Positions 16,955 through 26,291 of a DNA stretch of 64,000 nucleotides are shown in pieces. The translations under genes and the position numbers were made by a program. Each line of letters starts with the position of its first letter. Position 1 is the first letter of the stretch. The notes beneath the pieces are model-generated. The model had not been told where the DNA came from, made no database searches, and saw nothing but the letters and a program-made list of their open reading frames with translations. This DNA comes from Bacteroidota bacterium (GTDB lineage Bacteria; Bacteroidota; Ignavibacteria; Tepidaquicellales; Tepidaquicellaceae): positions 17,916 through 81,915 of the forward strand of contig JAFDZR010000018.1 in assembly GCA_018266875.1 (NCBI GenBank), in the 5' to 3' direction.

Positions 16955-18319
16955 TTACTTCGTCAAAACCATTTTTTTAGTTGAAACAAATTTTCCGGCG
17001 CTGATCGTGTAAAAGTAAACTCCGGAAGAAAGTCCGTCGGCTTTGAATTCTGCTGAGTAGCTTCCTTTCTGCTGAACTTCATTCACAAGTGTTGCAATCT
17101 GTCTGCCGAGTTCATCCGTAACAGTGATCTTAACAAATTCCTGACGCGGTAAATGGTAAGTAATGCTCGTAAGCGGATTGAAAGGATTCGGGTAATTCTG
17201 GGACAATGTGTAATTGTCAGCGGATTCAGTACTGCCGCTGCTGATTGAAGTTTTCGTGCCGACTTTCAGGACATAAAGTCCGGTCACAATATCACTGGCT
17301 ACAATATTTCCGGAAGGAAGAAAAGGATAAACATTCCAGCATCCCTGATAAGCCGTACTGTTGGGACCAGGATATGTATCGTAATGTCCGACCTCAACCG
17401 GCTGCGAAGGATTCTGAATGTTGTAAACTATCACTCCCGCGCGGTAATGTGCAAGATAAAGCGAATCACCTTTTATGTAAGCGTTGTGAACCATTGATGC
17501 GCCGTCATAGGGAATAATTTCTGCAAGCTGTACCTGGTTTGAGAAATCCGAGATATCCCAGAGTTTCGCGTGATTCGTTCCTCCTTCGTCAGTGGTGACA
17601 AGAACAGTTCTGTCGCCGTTAGTCCACGCATTGTGAGTTACTGCAGAAGGATATGTGAATTCGCGGATCAGCGTAATATTGTCCTTGTTCGTAGCGTCGA
17701 GAAAAACCATGAATCCCGAACTGATGGCAGCGCCGTAGATAGTATCATTCCTGACGAAGCAGTCGTGAATGTATCTCGTTCCCCACTGACCTCTCTTTAC
17801 GGGATTTTCCGGATCAAGAAGATCAAGAATAAACACACCGCCGTTGTTGTAATTTCCTCCGTTGCTGTAAAGATATCTCCCCTCCTGGGAAATAGTATGG
17901 GATTTTGTGTATCCGGCGAATGTATAATTCTGAATCAGGTGAAGAGAATCAGGAAGATACTGAAGATCAACGATCTGAACACCAGAGCCGCCTTCCGAGA
18001 CAATATAGAGATAATGAGAGTATGTTTTCATTTCCCTGTAATTGTAAAACGAACCCGGACCGGCGACTGTGCCTGAATTTACTATGTTACCCGGATTTGT
18101 AATATCGTAAACCGTTGTTCCTGCATAATGTCCGATAATGGCGTATTCCCTGCCGCCCGCCGCATAACCCCAGCAAGCTGAATAATGCCAGCCTGTCGGC
18201 GTTCCGCCGGCGGTAAATTCGTTTACATTGCCAAGCATCTGCATGTTGCTTACTGACTGTGAATAGGAAGTTCCTTTTATTAATAAAATGAATATGACGA
18301 TAAGAAAGGTTTTTCTCAT
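16955..18319 (-). CDS. Secreted LVIVD / choice-of-anchor-B-like beta-propeller protein with T9SS C-terminal sorting domain
   Basis: 454 aa. Signal peptide (MRKTFLIVIFILLIKGTSYS), repeated propeller-like segments (YLYIVSEGGSGVQIVDL, YLAHYRAGVIVYNI), C-terminal NYPNPFNPLTSITY...GVYFYTISAGKFVSTKKMVLTK. Confidence 0.8.
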   Translation of the reverse strand: MRKTFLIVIFILLIKGTSYSQSVSNMQMLGNVNEFTAGGTPTGWHYSACWGYAAGGREYAIIGHYAGTTVYDITNPGNIVNSGTVAGPGSFYNYREMKTYSHYLYIVSEGGSGVQIVDLQYLPDSLHLIQNYTFAGYTKSHTISQEGRYLYSNGGNYNNGGVFILDLLDPENPVKRGQWGTRYIHDCFVRNDTIYGAAISSGFMVFLDATNKDNITLIREFTYPSAVTHNAWTNGDRTVLVTTDEGGTNHAKLWDISDFSNQVQLAEIIPYDGASMVHNAYIKGDSLYLAHYRAGVIVYNIQNPSQPVEVGHYDTYPGPNSTAYQGCWNVYPFLPSGNIVASDIVTGLYVLKVGTKTSISSGSTESADNYTLSQNYPNPFNPLTSITYHLPRQEFVKITVTDELGRQIATLVNEVQQKGSYSAEFKADGLSSGVYFYTISAGKFVSTKKMVLTK

Positions 18320-18454
18320 AGGATAAATTTTTTGTAAATTATTTTTTTACAATATAATTGTAATGGTTATAAATTAAAACAATATTTATTTTTTATTTAA
18401 CCTGAAAGTTTATTGCCTTAAAGTCTCAAAGACTCTTAGTTTGATCTTAAGTTT

Positions 18455-18606
18455 TCCAAAGCCGGGCAGTCTGTCCAAAAAATTTTAATGCCTCCAAGAC
18501 TCTGAGACTTGAATTTAAAAAACATTTAAGTAATCACATTTGAGTCTTAGATTCTTTGAATCGAAAAACAGGAAATTGTTTTTTGGACAGTCCGGTGGAT
18601 TTGGAA
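18455..18606. repeat. MITE-like nested-hairpin element (about 150 bp), copy 1
   Basis: Terminal inverted repeats TCCAAAGCCGGGCAGTCTGTCCAAAAAATT (18455-18484) and AATTGTTTTTTGGACAGTCCGGTGGATTTGGA (18575-18606) share a 12-nt perfect core, CTGTCCAAAAAA. Inner inverted pair: CCAAGACTCTGAGACTT / TTTGAGTCTTAGATTCTTTG. It is related to the element at 35818-35945. Confidence 0.7.
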
Positions 18607-18851
18607 TGTGAAATTAAGAATTTTTAAATGCGTTGAATACTTTCTGCGGCATTACAGTAAAGTTTAAATAAATATTTTTGTATCTTATAGTCTTTGGGTA
18701 AAAGACCTGTGAACTGAATCGGAAACTTAATTCTGAATCAGTCAAAATACGGTTACTTTTTAGAATTATATTTTGTATTTTTCACGAAACTGATAAAAGG
18801 CAAAATATTAAGGCGAATAAATAAAATGAAAGAAAAATTAATCAATAACTT

Positions 18852-19487
18852 ATGAATACTTCAAGCACTACGGTGCAGAATATTGTTTTATCACTGCGCA
18901 AAGAGATCACAAACGGATCTTTGAAAGCCGGCATGCATTTAACAGAAGCATCTGTTTCAAAAAAGTTCAGTGTGAGCCGCGTTCCCGTGAGAGAAGCATT
19001 CCGCATACTTCAAAGCGAAGGATATCTGGACGTAATCCTTAACAGGGGAAATTTTGTCAAGAAAATATCCAGGGATAATATTGAAGAGAACGGCGATATT
19101 TATAAATTCCTCGCCCCGTATGTTTTAAAAAGAGCAATCCCGAGATACACAAAGTCGACATATAAAAAAGCTCACGCCATTCTTGACAGGATCGAAACCT
19201 GTACCGAATACTGCGAATCAAGCTATCTGGTCTGGGAATTTGCTCAGGTCATATACGCTCCTGCAAAACTCGACCGCTCCATGAAGATCATAAACGAAAT
19301 ATACAGTCAGAGTATCAGGATATTAAATGAATTTTTTGAGAGTGAAAAGAATACCAGATATAAGATTGATTCTCACAGGCAGTTCCTGAACCTTTGTCAG
19401 GAAAACAGGTCTGAAGAAGCGATAGAGCTGTGGCTGGGTTTTGTTGAAAAAATGAAACAGATTCTTCTGGAAGGCAAGCCGGACTGA
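18852..19487 (+). CDS. GntR-family transcriptional regulator (FadR-like C-terminal domain)
   Basis: 211 aa. Winged-HTH segment EASVSKKFSVSRVPVREAFRILQSEGYL followed by an all-helical effector domain. Confidence 0.85.
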   Translation: MNTSSTTVQNIVLSLRKEITNGSLKAGMHLTEASVSKKFSVSRVPVREAFRILQSEGYLDVILNRGNFVKKISRDNIEENGDIYKFLAPYVLKRAIPRYTKSTYKKAHAILDRIETCTEYCESSYLVWEFAQVIYAPAKLDRSMKIINEIYSQSIRILNEFFESEKNTRYKIDSHRQFLNLCQENRSEEAIELWLGFVEKMKQILLEGKPD

Positions 19488-19514
19488 TCTGTATTTCCGG
19501 CAATACAGTCTGCT

Positions 19515-20882
19515 TCAGAATAATTTATCAATGGCGTCATTGATCTTTTCGACTCCGATAATTTCAGCTTTAAATTTCTTTGCATTTATATTCTTCAGAT
19601 TTCCTTTAGGAATAATAATTTTTTTGAATCCCAGCTTTGCCGCTTCGGTTATCCTTCTTTCAGCATACGATATTGTCCTTACCTCTCCGGATAATCCTAT
19701 TTCCCCGAGCAGTACCGTTTCCGAGTCCACGGGAATATCTCTGAATGAAGAATAAATGCTCATTGCGACCGCAAGGTCAGTGGCCGGTTCTTCTATCTTC
19801 ACACCGCCTGCGATGTTAAGAAATATATCAGATTTATTCAGAAAAATGCCGAGCTTTTTCTCAAGTACGGCTACTATGATGTTAAGCTTTTTATAATCAA
19901 AACCCATGGAAGTTCTCTGCGGTATTCCGTAATTGGAGGAAGTGACAAGCGCCTGCACTTCAATTAGTATGGGTCTCGTTCCCTCGACAGACGAAGATAT
20001 TACACAGCCCGAGGCACCGTAATTTCTCTGTGAAAGAAATACTTCGCTGGGATTTATGACTTCTTTCAGCCCGAGGTCCGTCATTTCAAAAATCCCTATC
20101 TCGTTTGTCGAGCCGAATCTGTTTTTTATTCCTCTGAGTATTCTGAAAGAATGAGTCCTTTCACCTTCGAACTGCATTACGACGTCAACCATATGTTCAA
20201 GAACTTTCGGTCCGGCTATCATCCCGTCCTTTGTAATGTGTCCGACTATAAAAACAGAGAAATCATTTTTCTTTGCAAGGTACATAAGCAGAGCAGTGGA
20301 TTCCCTGAGCTGTGAGACCGTTCCGGGAGCGCTTTCTATCTCAGGTCTGAATATTGTCTGAACGGAATCAACAATGACAATGTCCGGCACTTCTCTTTCA
20401 ATTACCGCCTGAATATTGTCCAGATTTGTTTCTGAGAGTATGTAAAAATTTCCAAGGTCATAATTAAGTCTGTCTGAACGGAGTTTGATCTGAGCTGCGG
20501 ATTCCTCGCCGCTGACATAAAGTATTTTTTTTCCTTCAATCTTTTCAGCGAGCTGAAGCATCAGAGTTGATTTTCCTATGCCAGGATCGCCGCCTATCAG
20601 TATCACCGAACTGTCAACAATTCCCCCTCCGAGAACCCTGTCAAGTTCTGAAATATGAGTTAGAGTTCTGGATTCATTTACAGAATCAATTTCCGAGATA
20701 AGCTTGTAGGATCCGTTGCTTATTTTAACATTCTGAAGTGAAGATTTCCTTTTATCTCCGCCGGTATTCTGAATTTCCTCAACAAGGGTATTCCAGTTAT
20801 CGCAGTCGGGACATTTCCCGCTCCATCTTACGGATGAATATCCGCAGTTCTGACATACATATTTAGTCTTTACTTTTGACAT
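19515..20882 (-). CDS. radA: DNA repair protein RadA/Sms
   Basis: 455 aa. N-terminal zinc ribbon (CQNCGY...CPDC), Walker A GGDPGIGKST, KNRFG motif, Lon-protease-like C-terminal domain. Confidence 0.95.
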   Translation of the reverse strand: MSKVKTKYVCQNCGYSSVRWSGKCPDCDNWNTLVEEIQNTGGDKRKSSLQNVKISNGSYKLISEIDSVNESRTLTHISELDRVLGGGIVDSSVILIGGDPGIGKSTLMLQLAEKIEGKKILYVSGEESAAQIKLRSDRLNYDLGNFYILSETNLDNIQAVIEREVPDIVIVDSVQTIFRPEIESAPGTVSQLRESTALLMYLAKKNDFSVFIVGHITKDGMIAGPKVLEHMVDVVMQFEGERTHSFRILRGIKNRFGSTNEIGIFEMTDLGLKEVINPSEVFLSQRNYGASGCVISSSVEGTRPILIEVQALVTSSNYGIPQRTSMGFDYKKLNIIVAVLEKKLGIFLNKSDIFLNIAGGVKIEEPATDLAVAMSIYSSFRDIPVDSETVLLGEIGLSGEVRTISYAERRITEAAKLGFKKIIIPKGNLKNINAKKFKAEIIGVEKINDAIDKLF

Positions 20883-21201
20883 GCCGTTCGTTTGTTGGTT
20901 AAAATTTTTTAGGTTTTCAGTATAAAACAGATGAAAACTTTATTAAGATATGTAAAATCATTTTCTGAAAAAATATTAAACTTTGACATAAACATGTTTT
21001 TTTTTATCCAGAAGCTCAAAGACTATAGTATTAATTTTCACGGACCGGGGTCAGGTATTGCAATATTAAAGTTGCCATCACCAGGTATCGAAGAACAAAA
21101 GCCGGATAAAACTGTATTTTTATTATTGTCTCATTCTGTCACAGCAGGCAAAATATATTGTCTAAGGATATATAAAAGAATATTCAATTAAATCAAAAAA
21201 A

Positions 21202-22599
21202 ATGAAATCATTAATTTTTATCAGCTTGTTTGCGCTTGCTTCGCTTTCAAGTGCAAACATAATCAATGTGCCGGCGCAGTATTCCACAATTCAATCGGCA
21301 ATAAACGCTTCTGTAAACGGCGATACAATTCTCGTACAGCCCGGAACATATACTGAGAATATTAATTTCCGCGGAAAAAATATAGTAGTAACGGGAACAT
21401 ACTACCTGAGCGGAAACCTTTCCCTCATTCAGACAACAATTATCAACGGCGGATCTCCGGTAAATCCTGACACGGCAAGCTGTGTGATAATAAGCAGCCA
21501 TGAAGATTCAACTGCCGTTCTCCAGGGATTCACCCTGACAGGCGGGATGGGAACAAAGTGGACTGACGAACACGGAGCCGGTCTTTTCAGGGAAGGCGGC
21601 GGAATACTTATTCAGTATTCCAAGCCGGTAATTCAGTATAATATCATTACAGGAAATTCAGCTGTTGCAGGCGGTGTTATCAGCACAGGCGGAGGCGGAG
21701 TAAGGATCGGCGATTCCTATCCGAGATTCCACAATAATATTGTTACCAACAATACCGGATTTTACGGAGCCGGAGTGGTGCTTAACTACACGGGAGGTGA
21801 ATATTATAATAATCTGATTTTTAAAAATTACGGTTCAAATGTTTTCGGTTCAGGTTCCGGAATATGGCTGAACGGATCTTTCACACGTCCGGTTACAATT
21901 ACAAACAATACTATCGTCAGCAATACATCTATCAACGGGACTCCCGGAGTTTACGGATTTGGAAGTGTCGTTGCCACAATGAGAAATAATATTATCTGGG
22001 GTAACACTTCTCCCAATAACGCCCAGATAACAGGAGGAAATTTTACAGTGAGATACTGCAATGTGCAGAACGGATATAACGGAGCGGGAAATATAAATGC
22101 GAATCCTGATTTTGATACGACGAATTATTACCTGAGGTCAACATCTCCCTGTGTGGACAAAGGTGATTCAAGCGTAATTTATAATGATCCGGCTGATCCG
22201 GGTAATCCTTCAAACGCCAAATGGCCGGCAAGAGGAACGCTTAGAAATGACTTAGGCGCATACGGCGGACCGGGAAGCGCTACCATTGCAAACTCAATCG
22301 TCGGTATCGGAAGTCAGAATCTTATGACCCTGCCGGACAATTTTATCTTGAATCAGAATTATCCAAATCCTTTTAACCCAACTACAAAGATCAGCTATGA
22401 ACTTAATAAAAGCTCGGAGGTCTCATTAAAGGTTTTTGATATTCTGGGAAATGAAGTATCTGTACTTTTTAACGGAACGCAGACTGCGGGAAGTTATTCA
22501 GTCAACTGGAATGCAGCTGACTTTCCGAGCGGCGTTTATTTTTATAAGCTCGAAACGCAGACCGGTTCTGAAATAAAAAGCATGATGCTGGTGAAATAA
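21202..22599 (+). CDS. Secreted right-handed parallel beta-helix repeat protein with T9SS C-terminal sorting domain
   Basis: 465 aa. Signal peptide, then repeated NN(I/T)(I/V)xxN beta-helix rungs (HNNIVTNN, YNNLIFKN, TNNTIVSN, RNNIIWGN). C-terminal NYPNPFNPTTKISYEL...GVYFYKLETQTGSEIKSMMLVK. Confidence 0.85.
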   Translation: MKSLIFISLFALASLSSANIINVPAQYSTIQSAINASVNGDTILVQPGTYTENINFRGKNIVVTGTYYLSGNLSLIQTTIINGGSPVNPDTASCVIISSHEDSTAVLQGFTLTGGMGTKWTDEHGAGLFREGGGILIQYSKPVIQYNIITGNSAVAGGVISTGGGGVRIGDSYPRFHNNIVTNNTGFYGAGVVLNYTGGEYYNNLIFKNYGSNVFGSGSGIWLNGSFTRPVTITNNTIVSNTSINGTPGVYGFGSVVATMRNNIIWGNTSPNNAQITGGNFTVRYCNVQNGYNGAGNINANPDFDTTNYYLRSTSPCVDKGDSSVIYNDPADPGNPSNAKWPARGTLRNDLGAYGGPGSATIANSIVGIGSQNLMTLPDNFILNQNYPNPFNPTTKISYELNKSSEVSLKVFDILGNEVSVLFNGTQTAGSYSVNWNAADFPSGVYFYKLETQTGSEIKSMMLVK

Positions 22600-22638
22600 T
22601 TTTTAAGCTGATTCAGCAATTGTTACAAATATATTAAG

Positions 22639-22686
22639 AAAACTTCCGGAGTCTGAAACAGAATGACTCCGGAAGTTTTTATTTTA
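22639..22686. terminator. Strong stem-loop terminator between convergent genes
   Basis: 15-bp stem AAAACTTCCGGAGTC (22639-22653) / GACTCCGGAAGTTTT (22665-22679), followed by TTTTTATTTT. Confidence 0.85.
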
Positions 22687-22705
22687 AGCTTTTAAAGTTA
22701 ATATA

Positions 22706-24541
22706 TTATTCGCTGCCGGAATTTTCTTCGCCTTTATTGTCACCTTTATCTTCAGGGATTGTAAGCGGTTTTGATCCTGTACTGTCGGGCTTGTTGATGT
22801 TTTTTCTTAAGTTGATCGATCTTACAACTGCTTCGATCTCCTTTTTATACTGATCGAAATACTGTTTTCTCACCGAAGCTCTCAGGGATAATTTCTCGGT
22901 GCCGATCTTATTGAAGACATAAAATCTGTATTCCGTAAACCCGGCCAGTGTCTTCGGCTCTTTTACAAAACCGCTCAGAGTGGTATCGTTCATCGGAAAT
23001 TCAGTTTTAAAATCTTCGGAATTAAAATCCTTCAGATCCTTGTCAAGAAAGATGAACATTGTCATCGTTCCGGGCTGCTCTGCCGTCGTATCTGTCAGCA
23101 CAACTCCCTTGAAATCCTTTTCATTCTTGTTAATGTCCCTCTGGTCTGTCAGCTTCCAGCTCTTTGGAAAATACATTGCAAGACCAATATCCTGTTCGTT
23201 GAAATTGCTGCGGAGGGAATCCGGAATTTCATAATTTATTTTTAATGAATCAGGTATTTTTTCCGTTGAATCATTGCCGAGATTATCAGCGAGTCTTCTG
23301 AGTGAATCAAGCTCTCTGTTCAGTCTTGCCTCAAGCGTAGAATCGTTTTCATTTAATTTGTTTTCAGGTCTTTTAACTTTAGGCGGCTGAACTATCTTTC
23401 TTGGGGTTATTTCTCTTCCCGGTACTTTTACATTCTTTTCCTCATCCAGAGGAAGCTCTTCCGCTTTAGGCTTATTCGGATCTTCAACATCCTGAAGTTT
23501 TATCTTGGGATCGGGAAGGTCCTGAATCACTATTAATCTCTGAGGTTCTTCCTGCAGCTGGTCTTTTGAATTTCTGCCGATCGTATAAAATGCTACAGCC
23601 GCCGCCGCAAGATGAAGAATTGTTGCAACTATGATCCCTATCGTAAGATTTTTCTTTATCAGATGCCTTAAAGAATCGAACGGGTTTTTAAATCCCTGAT
23701 CCGGAGATATGATACCCGGATCCACAGGATATTCCGAATAATCCGGTGGCTGAATAAGATCGACCACTTCAGGATTCGGGATCAGTTTTATTTTACCGTC
23801 CGCGGAACTTCCCTTTAATTCCTCTGTGATATCTTTGACTTCGGCATCAATTTCTATGGTGATCTCTATAAGATGAATTTTATTTTCATGATCCGGCAGA
23901 AGCAGTACTCTGTTGCTCTGGGTCTGAAGAGATGTCTTTTTGTCTTTTGCTACGGAGTCTATCCTGACGGATTTATCCGTTTCAATTGTAACCTTAAGAA
24001 GATTTTCGTTTACCGGACTGACTTTGAATTTGCTCTCTTTTGAAGCTGCGCTCTCATCGGTTTCTTCAAGTATGTTGTCGTTTAACTTTGCTTTTTCCTT
24101 CGGTTCAATATCGGAAGTGTCTTTTTGTTCGCTGTCACGGTTTTCGTCAATTGTAATGTGAATTTCCGCTTCCTGCTGAGCAAGGTCAATTCTCGGATTC
24201 AGATATATTTCATTATTCTGAAATTCTGCGTTTTTTCTGTTCTCACGTAAAGTGGAATTTATCTTGATTCCCTTTTTTGTGGACACGGAGATTTTCAGAT
24301 AATTCTCATCAATGAGACTGATCTGATAATTGCTTGTCTTTGGTCTGGCAGGCGGAACGGGTTTACTTATATCCTGAGAACCCGGTACCGGACCAGCGGG
24401 AGGCACAGAAGCTGGCTTATCGGCTTTAGTTTCTTCCCTGTCCATTGATTCTTCTTTTTTCAGATCTTTTTCACTGCCTTTTTCTGAAGATTCGCCGTCC
24501 TGTGGAGTATTTGAATCCGGATTATTTATGTTATCTGACAT
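22706..24541 (-). CDS. Hypothetical bitopic membrane protein with an internally duplicated N-terminal module and a Pro/Lys-rich linker
   Basis: I prefer the ATG at 24541 (MSDNINNPDS...) over 24595. Two ~60-aa repeats: ISLIDENYLKISVSTKKGIKINS...EIHITIDE and VSPVNENLLKVTIETDKSVRIDS...IEITIEID. One TM helix (LTIGIIVATILHLAAAAVAFYTI), a TonB-like P/K/E-rich stretch, then a C-terminal ~200-aa domain. Confidence 0.75.
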   Translation of the reverse strand: MSDNINNPDSNTPQDGESSEKGSEKDLKKEESMDREETKADKPASVPPAGPVPGSQDISKPVPPARPKTSNYQISLIDENYLKISVSTKKGIKINSTLRENRKNAEFQNNEIYLNPRIDLAQQEAEIHITIDENRDSEQKDTSDIEPKEKAKLNDNILEETDESAASKESKFKVSPVNENLLKVTIETDKSVRIDSVAKDKKTSLQTQSNRVLLLPDHENKIHLIEITIEIDAEVKDITEELKGSSADGKIKLIPNPEVVDLIQPPDYSEYPVDPGIISPDQGFKNPFDSLRHLIKKNLTIGIIVATILHLAAAAVAFYTIGRNSKDQLQEEPQRLIVIQDLPDPKIKLQDVEDPNKPKAEELPLDEEKNVKVPGREITPRKIVQPPKVKRPENKLNENDSTLEARLNRELDSLRRLADNLGNDSTEKIPDSLKINYEIPDSLRSNFNEQDIGLAMYFPKSWKLTDQRDINKNEKDFKGVVLTDTTAEQPGTMTMFIFLDKDLKDFNSEDFKTEFPMNDTTLSGFVKEPKTLAGFTEYRFYVFNKIGTEKLSLRASVRKQYFDQYKKEIEAVVRSINLRKNINKPDSTGSKPLTIPEDKGDNKGEENSGSE

Positions 24542-24859
24542 TAATTTAAAAAATCGGTTGTAATTTAGAAAACTTAACCTTAACAATAAATTCAATTAGC
24601 TATAAAACAAAGTATTTTATTTTTATATTTATGGAAGGGTTTGATCACTATCTCTTTTATTCATTTAACAATATTAAGTTCCGCTGTAAAATACTTGAAA
24701 ATTTATTAACGGAATCAGTAAGATTTAAACTGTTTTTCATTGAACTTATATAATTCTTATAAAGTTGTTTCAAATACAATTCAAAATTACACTTTTTCAA
24801 TTTGCAGATTCCCGTTTCCGGTCATTTATAAAAATATAAACATATAATAAAAATATATA

Positions 24860-25192
24860 ATGGATAATTATTATCAGTCTAAAGATCTAAAAAAATTCGG
24901 TGAAGTGGAAGAGTTCAATAAAGATCTTGCCAAAAAATTCTTTGATTATTACGGTGCAGTCTTTGCAGAAGGTGCGCTCACGGAAAGGGAAAAATCGCTG
25001 ATCGCTCTTGCCGTGGCTCATGCAGTTCAGTGTCCGTATTGTATTGATGCTTATTCGCATGACGCTCTTGAAAAGGGTTGCAGCGAAGAGCAGATGATGG
25101 AAGCTGTTCATGTTGCTTCTGCCATCAGAGGCGGTGCATCGCTCGTTCACGGAGTGCAGATGATGAACCACGTGAAAAAAGTCTCAATGTAA
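24860..25192 (+). CDS. AhpD/carboxymuconolactone-decarboxylase-fold peroxidase-like protein (the type that accompanies ArsS)
   Basis: 110 aa. CxxC motif in AHAVQCPYCIDAY, typical of the AhpD-like CMD family. It sits immediately upstream of the ArsS-like radical SAM gene, which matches my memory of the 'arsenosugar biosynthesis-associated peroxidase-like protein' family. Confidence 0.8.
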   Translation: MDNYYQSKDLKKFGEVEEFNKDLAKKFFDYYGAVFAEGALTEREKSLIALAVAHAVQCPYCIDAYSHDALEKGCSEEQMMEAVHVASAIRGGASLVHGVQMMNHVKKVSM

Positions 25193-25219
25193 ATTTTCTA
25201 AAAAAATTCTGTTTTATTA

Positions 25220-26260
25220 ATGCTTGTAAAAAGTCTTAAATTCAGGGATTCCCTTCTTTCTGTTGCCGAAGAGCAGGTCAGTATTCTCAGTAATTACTCC
25301 GATAGAGATTTTTCATCATATCTTAAAAACTCCGGAATTGAAAAGCTTACTTCCAGAAAAGTCGAGATATTTCAGGTCAATCTGGGCAAAATGTGCAATC
25401 AAACCTGCCGGCACTGTCACGTGGACGCAGGTCCTGACAGAAAGGAAATCATGACAAGGCAGACGATGGAAACTATTTTGGAAAAACTTTCCGGGACGGG
25501 AATCAGGACAGCTGACCTTACTGGCGGAGCCCCGGAGATGAATCCGGATTTTAAATGGTTTGTGAAGGAGCTCAGACTTCTCGGGATTCATGTTATGGTC
25601 AGATGCAATCTCACTATTATTTTAGCCAATCCGAAATACAACGATCTACCTGATTTCTTTAAGGAAAACAATGTAGAAGTTGTCTCATCGCTGCCTTATT
25701 ATCAGAAAAGCAATACCGACAGGCAAAGAGGAGAAGGTGTTTTTGAAAGTTCCGTCAAAGCTCTGCAGATGCTTAATCAAAAGGGATATGGCAGGGATGG
25801 AACAGGTCTTCTGCTTAATCTTGTTTATAATCCTTCCGGAGCGTTTCTCCCCGGATCGCAGGCATCGCTGGAAAGGGATTTTAAAAAGGAACTCTCTGAA
25901 AAATACGGGATTGTTTTCAACAGTCTTTTTACAATCACAAATATGCCGATCAGCAGATTCCTTGAATATCTTATAGATTCCGGGAATTATGAATATTACA
26001 TGGATAAGCTTATTGATTCATTCAATGCGTCTGCGGCGAAGAATGTAATGTGCACCAATACGATTTCAGTCGGATGGGACGGTTATATTTATGACTGCGA
26101 TTTCAATCAGATGCTTGAGATGAAAGTAATGGACGAAAGCAGGGAACACATCAGGGATTTTGATCTTGAATATCTAGACAGCAGGGAAATTGCCGTCGGA
26201 CAGCACTGTTTCGGATGTACAGCCGGTTCGGGCTCAAGCTGCGGAGGCGCTGTGGCCTGA
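25220..26260 (+). CDS. arsS: Radical SAM / Cys-rich-domain protein of the ArsS family
   Basis: 346 aa. Radical-SAM cluster motif CNQTCRHCHVDAGPDR, LTGGAPEMNP, CNLTI, SLPYY...NTDRQRGEGVF. Cys-rich C-terminus CTNTISVGWDGYIYDCDFN...HCFGCTAGSGSSCGGAVA. Confidence 0.85.
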   Translation: MLVKSLKFRDSLLSVAEEQVSILSNYSDRDFSSYLKNSGIEKLTSRKVEIFQVNLGKMCNQTCRHCHVDAGPDRKEIMTRQTMETILEKLSGTGIRTADLTGGAPEMNPDFKWFVKELRLLGIHVMVRCNLTIILANPKYNDLPDFFKENNVEVVSSLPYYQKSNTDRQRGEGVFESSVKALQMLNQKGYGRDGTGLLLNLVYNPSGAFLPGSQASLERDFKKELSEKYGIVFNSLFTITNMPISRFLEYLIDSGNYEYYMDKLIDSFNASAAKNVMCTNTISVGWDGYIYDCDFNQMLEMKVMDESREHIRDFDLEYLDSREIAVGQHCFGCTAGSGSSCGGAVA

Positions 26261-26291
26261 TCTTACTTTTTTCAGAATAAAATTTACTGTT

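Noticed and set aside
17570-18076. 168-aa plus-strand ORF, and similar long antisense ORFs at 44970-45338, 62205-62702, 59819-60217 and 30498-30869
   Set aside because: All lie entirely inside strongly supported genes on the opposite strand and have shadow-frame composition.
20931-21191. 86-aa ORF in the radA / beta-helix gene spacer
   Set aside because: No recognisable features, an odd composition and a position where a promoter region is expected. There is not enough support to call it a gene.
24542-24595. Upstream extension (MNLLLRLSFLNYNRFFKL) of the 22706 gene
   Set aside because: It is a hydrophobic and odd extension in an AT-rich leader. The ATG at 24541 followed by polar sequence is more plausible, although it is not proven.
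25220-26260. Selenocysteine recoding in the ArsS homologue and in the GDCCVxC ORF (1055-1270)
   Set aside because: I looked for in-frame TGA codons at the family's Cys-rich motifs. Both ORFs are uninterrupted and use Cys codons, so there is no evidence for Sec here.
26190-26291. Upstream extension of the thioredoxin-like ORF
   Set aside because: The extension overlaps the 3' end of arsS in another frame and precedes the obvious signal anchor that begins at the ATG at 26292.
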